NCBI RefSeq assembly: GCF_964188315.1
Contig: NC_135655.1
Span: forward strand, 34,100,001 to 34,164,000
From: Podarcis muralis
Lineage: Eukaryota
Direction: 5' to 3'
DNA length: 64,000 bases
Below, one piece after another: positions 24,130 through 36,100 of the stretch; position 1 is the first letter of the stretch, and each line of letters starts with the position of its first letter. The notes under the pieces are model-generated. The model had not been told where the DNA came from and did no database searches. It saw nothing but the letters and a program-made list of their open reading frames with translations. The position numbers and the translations under genes were made by a program.

Positions 24130-27100
24130 TTTGATGCCACCATTAATTATTGCTTTATTGTTTGTTTTTAGCTGTTCTTTAATATTGTGAACCACCTTGA
24201 ATTTTTTTTAATCAAATAAGTATATAATTACAGTTTTCATGAAATGGTAAACTATGGTTTGACTGTCGTCAGACCTACATATACTGTACTATACAGTCCT
24301 TGTCTGGCCCAGGTTTTAGGTAAAGGATAGCTTGCTAGAATAGAATAAGGGACGCGGGTGGCGCTGTGGGTAAAAGCCTCAGTGCCTAGGGCTTGCAGAT
24401 CGAAAGGTCGGCAGTTCGAATCCCCGCGGCGGGGTGCGCTCCCGTTGCTCAGTCCCAGCGCCTGCCAACCTAGCAGTTCAAAAGCACCCCCAGGTGCAAG
24501 TAGATAAATAGGGACCGCTTACTGGCGGGAAGGTAAACGGTGTTTCCGTGTGCTGTGCTGGCTCGCCAGATGCAGCTTTGTCACGCTAGCCACGTGACCT
24601 GGAAGTGTCTCCGGACAGCGCTGGCCCCCGGCCTCTTGAGTGAGATGGGCGCACAACCCTAGAGTCTGTCAAGACTGGCCCGTACGGGCAGGGGTACCTT
24701 TACCTTTACCTAGCTTGCTGTCAGTAGGGCATGAGAGTACACTAGGAGTGCATGAGCCCAAGCTGTTTTTATATGAATCAGCCTCAAGGTGTTCAGGCAC
24801 TACACTTCACAGATGAGAAAAACTCATTTTAAAAAAGTCTCTAGTGGTAGTAGCAAGTACTTCTTTTATTTATTAGCTCAAACTTGTTTTCCAACTATTG
24901 TGCAATGCTACTACAGTTTCATATAAATTGGAATCTGATTTGAGACAATAGTGGTGTATTTTTCATTGCAATGTTGCATTTGTGTTAAAAGGACACAGAA
25001 AAAGAAGATAATTCTCCACCCCAAATTCACTCATGATTAATTTATTTCAGTGATGCTTACTAAAGAGTGTTCCATTTAATACAGATACCTCATTCCTGTG
25101 GTGGTGTTTAGGAAATAATGGCTAATGGTGTCTCTAAAACAGTAGCTTGTTAGCCAGTGTGTACATGCAAGAGCAGGCAGCCTTCTCAACAATCTTTCCC
25201 CATCTTTCTCTACAAGGCAATATCAGTTGCAAAATACAAGATAGCAGAACAGAATTTTTCCTACCTCTTTCCTGATGATCCACCCACTTTTGTCTTCAGT
25301 CCTTCAAACAGACGGCGAAGGAGACCTCCAAAGATGGCATCTGATGATCATGTAAGTAATGCAGTACTTGTTAATCTGCTTTTCTACAAGAAACAGCAGT
25401 GGATTGCATCCTACAGCAATTCCTTGCTATCTGTGTTTTTCATATTTGCTATTAGTTGTCTTAGGTAAGTCAAAATTGTTCCACAGTTGGCCATATAATA
25501 CTCTGAGAGATAATAATTTATATACCAAGGCCCTGAAAGTCCATGGGCACAGGTGGGACTTAAAAACCTGGCCTCTCATATGCAATGAGGCTGGATTAAA
25601 CTGGTGTTTACATTTGGAATGACAGTAGTCAAAACTTGCTATTGCCACAAAATAAAACACATTTCTCATTTTATTCATTCATCGTATACATTTTAACTTG
25701 GCGATATGTTCCACCAAGCTGTTAAAAGATTTCAGTTTTTCAGTTATTGCCCTTTCATGAGTTTATCCTTTTGTCTTCAGGAGGATTTCGTTGCAAAAGA
25801 GCAGTTTAGTCCTAGAAATGCAAGCAGTGCAGCAAAAGAAAGGGCAAGACTCCAAAAAGAAAAAGACGAAATGAGAGCCATGGGTAAGTACAAGCTCATG
25901 CGATGAATAAGCTTTTTTTTTTTAGATGAAAAACATGCATAATGGGCTGGCTTTTGTTGATTCTGTAGAAGTAGTGCTGTAGTTTTTAGTGTATTATCCT
26001 TCAAAGAAAGAAGCTGTTGCAGTCCTGTCTCAAAAGAGGGCCTTTTCTGAAGCTGTGCCTCAGTTGTGGAACTCTTTTTGCCACAGGTTCATTTAGCCCC
26101 TTCACTCTTATGACTGCTTTGTTTAGCCGGGCTTTCTTTTTCTTTTTAGTCTATGTAATTTTATGCCATGTTACATGTTTTAATTAGTTGCTGATTTTCC
26201 TCTTTACTATTCCCCCCCCCCCATTATTGTATTACTATTTTCTTTTATTTATGTGCTAGCTGAATTGAGCACTATGCTTTTACCTGAAAGGTGGGATATA
26301 ATCATAATACATCATATTAGCTTGGAAATAAATCCCTCTGACATACGCTTACAGCCAGAACTATAATTACTTCCCAGTAATTGGGATTGGGATTGTAGTC
26401 ATAGCATGTCTGTTTGGGGCTGTTTCCTTGAACGTAACATGGCCAGATTTGATTAACTTGATCTTGAAGTGTGGTTTATATAAATAATTTCTTTTAAAAG
26501 AATAATACAACTCTAGTTCTCCTGTCCACTTTTTGAAAAAGAAAAATTGAAAAGAGAAAAGACAACTGCTATAGAATCCAAGAAGAAAGAAAGAGAAGAT
26601 AAGGAAAAAAGGAAGGAAGAACTTAAGAAGATTGTGGAAGAAGAAAGGCTGAAGAAGAAAGAAGAGAGAGAGCGACTCAAAATAGAAAAAGAAAAGGTCA
26701 GGTACTCCCCACCTGGGTTCCTAATAGTTTGAAATGGCACTAATAGTTTGAAATGGCACTAATAGTTTAAAATATATAGCTACATTTACAGGTTCCCAGT
26801 ACAGTCGTACCTTGGTTTTCAAACAGCTTAGTTCTTGAATGTTTTGGATCCCGAATGCCGCAAACCTGGAAATGGCTGTTCCGGTTTGCAAACTATTTTT
26901 GGAAGCTGAACATCCAATGGAGCTTCCGATTGGCTACAGGACCTTCCTGCAGCCAATCAGAAGCAGCACTTTGGTTTCCAAACATTTTGGAAGTTGAACG
27001 GACTCCGTTCAACTTCCAAGAAACAACTGTATTTAGGAATATGAATCACAGTACAAAGAAGAGTAGGACACATTGCTGTTTCTTCACCTGCGTGGTGAAG

Positions 27101-30100
27101 GAGAACGTGTCTGCAAAATCGTAAATAGCTTCCTACATAGAGCTTTTCATCACTATCCAAAGCCCCCTGGATAGTGTGAGTTAAAATTCTAAATTGCGGT
27201 CTCAGTTACAAGGTTTAATTTTCACGACACTGTTGCAATCCTTTCTTAATGTGTGTAGTGTTATGTTGAGGCATTACCAAAATTAGGTTAAAGGTAAAGG
27301 TACCCCTGCCCATACGGGCCAATCTTGACAGACTCTAGGGTTGTGTGCCCATCTCACTCAAGAGGCCGGGGGCCAGCGCTGTCCGAAGACACTTCCGTGT
27401 CATGTGGCCAGCGTGACAAGCTGCATCTGGCGAGCCAGCGCAGCACACGGAAACGCCGTTTACCTTCCCACTAGTAAGCGGTCCCTATTTATCTACTTGC
27501 ACCCGGGGGTGCTTTCGAACTGCTAGGTTGGCAGGCGCTGGGACCGAACGATGGGAGCGCACCCCACCTTTGGGATTCAAACCGCCGACCTGACGATCGG
27601 CAAGTCCTAGGCGCTGAGGTTTTACCCACAGCGCCACCCGCGTCCCATGTAAAATTAGGTTACCTGTGTCTAATCAAATACAAGCTATTTTCATACTGTT
27701 TGAAATAGGACTTTTATTCATAATATTTGATGGTTTTTTCTAAAGTAATAAAGGAAACCTAGGAGACTAGGGTTAAAATCCTCCATCAGCCATGAAGTTC
27801 AGTGGGTGACTTGGGGCCAGTCACTTTCTCTTAACTAACCTACAACAGGTTTGTTGAGGGGGGTGCAGAATGGGAGGAAAAATCTTATGTATACCACCTT
27901 GAGCTCTTTGAAGGAAAGGTGGGAAATAAATGTAATAACATAAATGATACATTTATTTTGAAAAAAAATTCCTTTATTGTCATTACCAAGATATGTAAAT
28001 AAATAGAATCATGTATACTTATGTGAAACAGTCAATATCCTAATTATGTTATCTGTTCTCTTAACTAAAGTAGTAAATTTCGTAAGCATCCAGAGCAACA
28101 GTTAAAGAAAATTATGCAATACCAATAATCAGTAAATTATAACTGTTGCTTAGATTAAATTATAAACCTAATTGCTTACAAGATTTCCAGTAAAAGTACA
28201 TGGATTGACATTATCTTGAATTTTATTACTCCAATGCATAATCTAAATACAGCTGTTTTTAACTATTTTGGTGGTCATTTTCTGTGTAATTGCAGGAAAG
28301 AGAAAAGCTTCGTGAAGAGAAAAGGAAATACCTGGAACATCTAAAACAATGGAGTAAGCGTAGAGAAGACATGGAATGTGATGATCTTAAGGTAATGGAA
28401 CTTCAGAGAGAGAGAGAGAGAGAGAGTCCACAATCCAGAAATATTTGTGTGTGTATTTATGCATTGTTATTCAGACCTTTTCTGTGGCTAGAAAAGTTGC
28501 CTGATGGGTCTGCTGAAATTGTAAATCCACGATATGATTATCACATACATTCTCCCCTTGTGGGGAAAAAGGACTTAAAACGATGGTTGTGCAGTTTCAA
28601 AACTTTTTATATTTAATAGATAATAATTTAAGTCATAAGTTTTGTAATTTGCAAAGCAATCCTCTACTTGCATTAAGTGTGCCATTGTGAGTGAGTTCTG
28701 CAGTCATAGCCCTAAACATGCTACCATCCCATCCCTGGGAAATAGCAAGAACAGGAGCCCATTGCCTACTATGGGGCACAGAGGTCATATGAGCTTTAAT
28801 CAGGGCAGCAGAACATAGCCCACATCTGCCAGAGCACCAAAGCAGGGGCCACAGAGCGATGGAGGCACTTGGGACATGCAATGTCTGCCTGTTTTCTATT
28901 TATTAATATTTATACATCACTTGATTGTTTTAAAAAACAAAACCCGGCAACCTCAAAGCAGTTTACAAAAAGATAAGAAAATCAAGAAAATTTACAATAC
29001 TTTCAAACGTACAAAAAGTGAAAATACTATGAGCTATTGCTTCAGATGTGGGGAGGCCGTCACAGCAGTTAATTCTTCAGTGCGTGATCCCATCATTCCT
29101 TGCTTAATTGTGTGGGATGTTTTCTGGCACCCACAGTTGCCTTTCCCACCCTGCTGTTTCCCTTCTGTAGGGTTTATATGCTGGTGATGGTGTTGGGTAG
29201 ATGGTATTGAGTTGCACCATATCCTGTGTTGAGGCTGACGTGGACCGAGTGGCAGCTATTATTTCTCCCTTCCATTGAAATTAATAGGAGGAGAATTACT
29301 TTTTCTCAGTTTGGCAAGACCAGCACAAGACATTGCACTACATGTGGTCACCTCTCGTGGCCTGTATTCTCACTCACTCTGGGTAGTCATTGTAATCTTT
29401 TTGGCTATCAAAAATATATCTGTTCAACATAATAAACATGAGCCAAATCTGTTGTGATGTATGTTGATCATTCACCGCATATGTATAACTGAAACATACA
29501 ATAAATATTTACTTTGCATCACAGGAACTTCCAGTTCCAACTCCAGTGAAAACCAGACTACCTCCTGAGATCTTTGGTGATGCTGTCATGGTCTTGGAGT
29601 TTCTCCATGCTTTTGGTGAACTCTTTGATCTTCAAGATGAGTTTCCTGACGGAGTGACTTTAGGCAAGTGAATCTTTAGGCAAACTGAATCTACAGGAAA
29701 CATGAGGAGCAGATTTTGTTTTGCGGGGGAAGAAAGAAACAGTTTCTCTTCCTTCCCAGAATGCATTAATGATGCAATATTGGGAGTATAGCTGTGGATC
29801 TAGGTTGTCTTATGTGCCTCCAGTTGACATTAGTTTTAATGTATTTTATTCACTCTGCTCTTTATTTCTTATATACTGCTTGTCAGCAATCATCCTGATC
29901 TGGGCAACTGTATGTGCTCAGATGCATGCATGTGGCCAGATATCCCCATTCATTTCAAGCGTACATGCTGCCCTGTGGGATTCTGCAAAATGAACTTTGC
30001 CCTTTCTTTGAAACAAATGAGATGATCCACCTGCCTTTCTATGCACTTGAGCCTGGAATAAATTGCTGGTTCACAGCAATTGTTTCTCTAGTTCAGTGTT

Positions 30101-33100
30101 TCCCAACCTTTTTTGGGCAAAGGCACACTTGTTTCATGAAAAAAATCTCGAGGCACACCACCATGCCAGATGGGGAAAGGTCACTTTTTACTTATGTAAA
30201 AAAAGAAAAAAAAAATAGTAACAGCATAGAAGGTAATGGTTAGGCTAGCATCCCTCTTCCAAATATGCTAGGTTTTTATTTGCAGGGACTGTTCTACATG
30301 GGAAAGCATTCAGCACTGTCATTCTCCCATCTGCCATCTGAATTGGTACTATTCTGGGTCAACTTACTCTGCTGCATGTGTAGATGAAAATGGCACCAAG
30401 TGTGGGGGAGGGGGCAGAACAGGTTTCAGATACAGGATATTAAGCATACACGTACTTCAGATTGAACTGGTTGCTTGCTTTGCAAGTTTTCATTTCCCAA
30501 ATGACTGCCTTGGCAAGCGCAATACCTACCAGGCTCAACGCCGGTCTCGCGCTGCCGCTTCCCGCGCTCTCAAGGACCCGGGAGGAGGAAGGCGTGAAGG
30601 GAATCCCGAAGGCGCGAAAACCTCGCGCATGCGCAGGCCTTCCGCCTGCGACAGCCCAGTAGGCCGGCCGAAGCGAGCGGCGATGGGATGTGGGAGGGAG
30701 CTCGCTCGCCGCCCCGCGTGTGCCTATGTGGGGCACGTTACAGCCCCGTGACGTCAGCACCACGCAGGCAGCCAGGCAGGCAGACGGCGAGAGCCCCGCG
30801 CTGGGCGGCCTCTCCTCGCCGCCGCCGCCCCGCCTCTCGCCGCCCGACTCGCCCGCCTCCCTCCAGGCAACATCTCACGGCACACCAGGCAACGTCTCGC
30901 GGCACACTAGTGTGCCGCGGAACACCGGTTGGGAAACACTGCTCTAGTTGACCTATTTGGAAAATATCCCGATTAATATTTTGACAATCACATAACATAG
31001 GAACAGCTTTCAGTTTTTTCACTGTGTATTTGTAGCAGTTTGAACAAATCCACTTCTTCTTATTTACAGAGGTTTTAGAGGAAGCTCTTGTTGGAAATGA
31101 CAGTGAAGGTCCACTATGTGAATTGCTGTTTTTCTTCTTGACGGCCATTTTTCAAGCCATGGCTGAAGAAGAAGAAGAAGTGGCCAAAGACCAAATAGCT
31201 GATGCTGAGACCAAAGGTCAGACTTCAACTGTGCTTCTTAATGCAAAGCTTGCATACTAATAGGCACGCATACTAATTTGCATGCACGGGAATATTTCAG
31301 TTAACATTGCTCCACATCGGTGCGCATGATTGCTATAGAAAAACAAAAGTTTGTCAGGTGCTAGCTGCAGCGTTGATTCTGGTGTGTACTGCAGGTGCTC
31401 TTTTAATTTTTTTTAAAAGGCAAGCTTTCCCATTATTAGACATAGGAAGAATTTCACATTGGCGGGTTTTCAAGAAGTCTCAAAACTTAACACATCCCTT
31501 TCATTAAAAAATTTCTTCAGAATTCAGTAACTTTGCTAAAGATTCAGAAGATACTTCTTTCTCACCAGCAGTGTAAGCTACATAATTTTCAGAGGGGTAG
31601 CTGTGTTGGTAGCTGGTAGTTCTTGTGCAAAATTTTAAAAAAAATGTTGTAAGGCTTTTATGGACTTATATAGTCTACTCATTGGATGAAAGTTTGCCAT
31701 GATAAATTTGTTGCTTTTTTAAAAGTGCTGTAAGACTTCTTGTTATGCCAGCTAAATAATAATCAGGCATCATAACAGTGCATAGCTTTACTATTCATTT
31801 CTTCAGTGACAGTAGTATTGTCATCCACACACTGGAACACCTGGGCCTGATTTGTAATAGCACACTTCTTAGCTAATGTAATTATTTTCCAAAGGGCACA
31901 CTTTTAGATCTATTGCAGCATTTGCAGACTTTGAATACCCTTTCCAAGGTGTGCTGTAGCTCAGGTGGTGGTTTATTTTTATTTCCTTTGTTGCATACTT
32001 GTAAGAGAAGAGAAACCACATAACAAATACAGATAGGTAGCCGTGTTGGTCTGCCATAGTCAAAACAAAAAAAATTCCTTCCAGTAGCACCTTAAAGACC
32101 AACTAAGTTAGTTCTTGGTATGAGCTTTCGTGTGCATGCACACGAAAGCTCATACCAAGAACTAACTTAGTTGGTCTTTAAGGTGCTACTGGAAGGAACA
32201 CATAACAAATAGCTTGTTTGTTGATTTATAGTGATATTTTTATCACACACAGCAGTCACATCTGAATAAAGTAATAAAAGAGGAAACAGAAAAGGGGCAT
32301 AGCTCAGTTGCAGAAAATCCACTTTGCTCGTGGAAGGCTCCAGATTCAATCCCTGGCATCTTCAGGAAGGGCTGGGAAAAACAACTTCTTGAAACTTGGA
32401 GAGTTTATGCAAATCAGTGGAGATTGAGCTAGAAGAGCTACTGGTCTGACTCGGAAACTTTTGCTCCAACATTCATGTTTTGTTTTGTTTTTAACCCTGA
32501 GGACTAGAATATTGATGGGATCCCCCACTGCTCTCCCATTTTTTTTATCAGAATTTGTCTAGTAAAGGCATTTTCTCTAGATTAAGTGTTTGCATTCCCT
32601 TAACACTGGTGTGGGGAACCTTCTGCCCTCCAGATGTTGCTGAACTATATAACACCCATCATCACTGGTCATTGGCTATGCATGCTGGGGCTGATGGAAA
32701 ATGTAGTTCAGCAACATCTGAAGGACCAAAATTTCCCCACACCTGCCCCAAATTGAGTACTTCTCTGGAACCAGTACAATAGCAGTTGTGGTATAGTGCA
32801 TAAAAGAAATATACAGTGGTACCTCGGGTTATATACGCTAACCCAGAAATAGTACCTTGGGTTAAGAACTTTGCTTCAGGATGAGAACAGAAATTGTGCA
32901 GCAGCGGGAGGCCCCATTAGCTAAAGTGGTGCTTCAGGTTAAGAACAGTTTCAGGTTAAGAACGGACCTCCGGAATGAATTAAGTACTTAACCCGAGGTA
33001 CCACTGTATATAGAAAAGAAATATATATATAGTTGATGTGTGCTTTGTATAGTCAAGTGCATCAATCTGAAAATTCTGTTTGATCTCACACACCATTCAG

Positions 33101-36100
33101 AGAAATAGGGTTTTTTGGGAGAAAGCAAAGTTGCATGTGATTCTTCCTTTGTGCAATGAAGATTTAGTCATTATTCTGTTGAGAGGAAATCCAAATGACT
33201 TCTTTCTGGCAAATCAGTTGCAGGGGGGAATTGTGCTTTTTCCACACTCAGTCAGTAGTCATTGTTGAACATGAGATTCCTTGGACCCACAAGTGAAACT
33301 TTTATTGCCGTTTGGAGTAATTTAGTCGTATGCAGACTGTTCCGAACACCTATTGGTATTGCTAGTGTGTATCTGATTGCCTTTCTCTCATGCATATATT
33401 ATGTTAAACTTTGACTCACTTAAATTGAAAACTTCCCACTGCAAGATTCTAGATGCAATACTCCTTTGCTTAATTGTAAAGTCAAGTTTTTGTTTTGAAT
33501 CATTCATAGCTTTGACTGAGGCATTCTAAACAAACTCACAATTGTAGGGTAGGCATACCCATAGTTCTGTGTTACGGCTCTCCATATTTTGGTTGGGCTG
33601 CATTCACACGTATAACTTGGCAGAAGTTGTTAAAGAGAAAATATATTAACTTTTGTGAATAGAGGCTTACCATATGTCCAGTATAGGATAGCGCAGTTCT
33701 GCTTTGTGGAGGTTGATAGTTCTCTCTAGTGATCCTGAACTGGGATGTGAGAGGACCTCAGTCTGTTAAAAAAAAGGAAAAAGAAATAACTTCAGGAATA
33801 AGGAATTTGCTTTCTAAAGAAGGGTATTTCGTCTTGCTGTTTCCTACCCTTAAAGAATAATACTTATTAGCCTATCTTTGGTGATATGTATAAACTTCTG
33901 TCTTGGATAACCTTGATACCGCTGTATATAAACTTCTGAACCTGGCTTATTGATATGCTTCCTGATCAACTGTGTAGAATATGGAATCTCATGTGTAATG
34001 TGGTAAATCAGCACTGACTGGCTGCACAGACAGGCTGCTGGCATCCATAATTCGTTTCTGTAGGCATAATCATAATGAAGTAATTATAAGAATGTAGTAA
34101 TAAGATGCTATTTGATTTCTCTCAGTAAACCTTTTTTACAAGAGCATTTCCTGGGTTTATCTTTCTTTGCATGTGTGTGCTTGTGCTCTTGCGGTCAAGT
34201 TGTGTGCAATGCAAGAAGCTTTTAGGGAGTGCTGCATGCTTACTCTGCTTTTAGGTAGTATGCATATGTTTGTTGCACGGCAGCTTACAAAAATATCGAG
34301 TTTATATGCTGTCTCCGCATTGCTTAGAAAAGACTTGCTTGCTTCGCCTCCGAAATGCAAGTGTTAATTTTCACTAGAATAAAGTCTTTATTTCCTTAAA
34401 GATTTAACAGAGGCTTTGGATGAAGATGCAGACCCCACAAAATCTGCACTATCTGCAGTTGCAACTTTGGCAGCTGCATGGCCCCAGTTACATCAGGGTA
34501 TGTGTGGGTTTCACTTTTTGTTACGTTTTGCACTATTTTACAAAAAAAAAGTATAATTCACGTTGTTTGCTAAATACTCTTAGTAGCCAAATGGTCTAAC
34601 ACTCATTCTGTTGTTAACTGTAGGTTGCAATTTGAAAAACTTGGATCTTGATAGCTGCACTCTTTCTGAGATTCTCAGACTTCATATCCTAGCATCAGGT
34701 GCAGATGTAACATCAGCCAATGCTAAATATCGTTACCAGAAGCGAGGAGGATTTGATGCTACAGATGATGCTTGCATGGAGCTAAGACTGAGTAATCCTG
34801 GGTTGTTGAAGAAACTCTCGTGTACTTCCGTGTATGATCTATCATCGGGTAATAGAGCCAAATGAATATGTCAAGTTACATTTCAGAAGTTTTCAAGAAT
34901 GGTTTACTAGGACAATGTCAAGAAAAATCCTATTTTGTCTCTTGAAGCATAACCACTAATACCTTTTAGCCCTAGAAGTTATACAAATTTAATTAAATAA
35001 TGATGATAATAAAGATTGGGGCTGGGTAGGTGATTTAGGCTGCAATCCTATATAGGTTTACCTGAGAGTAAGTTCCATTGAAGGCAGCGGGCTTACTTTT
35101 GCATTGGATTGCACTACGTATCTTGTGGAAGTCTGTTTAATTTTCTACGTGAGCTTATGTCTGTTTTTCTAAGAATCATTAGCCATTATCAGTTGAGCTA
35201 CTGATAGTATATGAACGTTGGGTATTTTTACTTGCTCTTTTGTGTTTGAACAGTAGGTCCCCCTTTATATATAACAAACTGCTTTGTTTCAAAAGTGTTT
35301 TGCTGTATGGCACATGCTGGGTGGGTTCATAGTCAAAAAAACACAAGCCCAGAAGCTCCTTTTGGATCAGGTTTATATTAGACTGGAAAATAGCTTGCAA
35401 GAAGTTCATATATTGTACACACAGTTAAACATGTTGAAGATTCTATTGGTAAACTATGCCATAAAACAAGGTGACTAAACTGAAATGGCACAACCCTCCT
35501 TGTACTAGGTTTACATCTTGTCAATCTCTATGGATTAATGAGCCCAAAGGTCACTGACAGATTAAAAATAGATACCTTACTTTATTGATGAAGCTTTACT
35601 GACCAGTTCACAGGATTATTCTGTGACTTCTGAATTGAAGCATCAATCTGTATTCATTTTATTAGGGGAGAAGATGAAGATTCTTCATGCCCTCTGTGGG
35701 AAGCTTTTGACTCTTGTTTCTACTCGAGACTTCATTGAGGACTCTGTTGATGTATTACGACAGGCAAAACAAGAATTCAGAGAGTTAAAAGCAGAACAGC
35801 ACCGGAAAGAAAGAGAAGCTGCAGCAGAAAGGTGACAAGAACACAGATGCCCAAATATGAGCACGATAAAGCTAAACGGGGGCTTTTCCAGAAGCGTGGC
35901 TTCTAAAATTGAAAGAGCCTACTAGAAATATTCAATTTTAGAAATTGAAAGAGCCTACTAGAAATATAGGGCGTGGGTGGCGCTGTGTGTTAAACCACAG
36001 AGCCTAGGGCTTGCGAATCAGAAGGTCGGCAGTTTGAATCCCCGCGACGGGGTGAGCTCCCGTTGCTCGGTCCCTGCTCCGGCCAATCTAGCAGTTCGAA

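Noticed and set aside
24349-24430. tRNA genes at SINE heads (also 7970-8040, 27570-27646, 35970, 54489)
   Set aside because: A/B-box-like heads are continuous with SINE bodies, tails and TSDs; no full cloverleaf.
25884-26529. U12-type AT-AC intron to explain the AC acceptor
   Set aside because: The donor is GTAAGT (U2 type), not RTATCCTT, and I see no TCCTTAAC branch point near the acceptor.
32075-32198. Active hammerhead ribozyme within the palindrome
   Set aside because: Both arms have GAAA-GCUC-AUAC but lack the CUGAnGA half of the core and the 5' strand of stem I.
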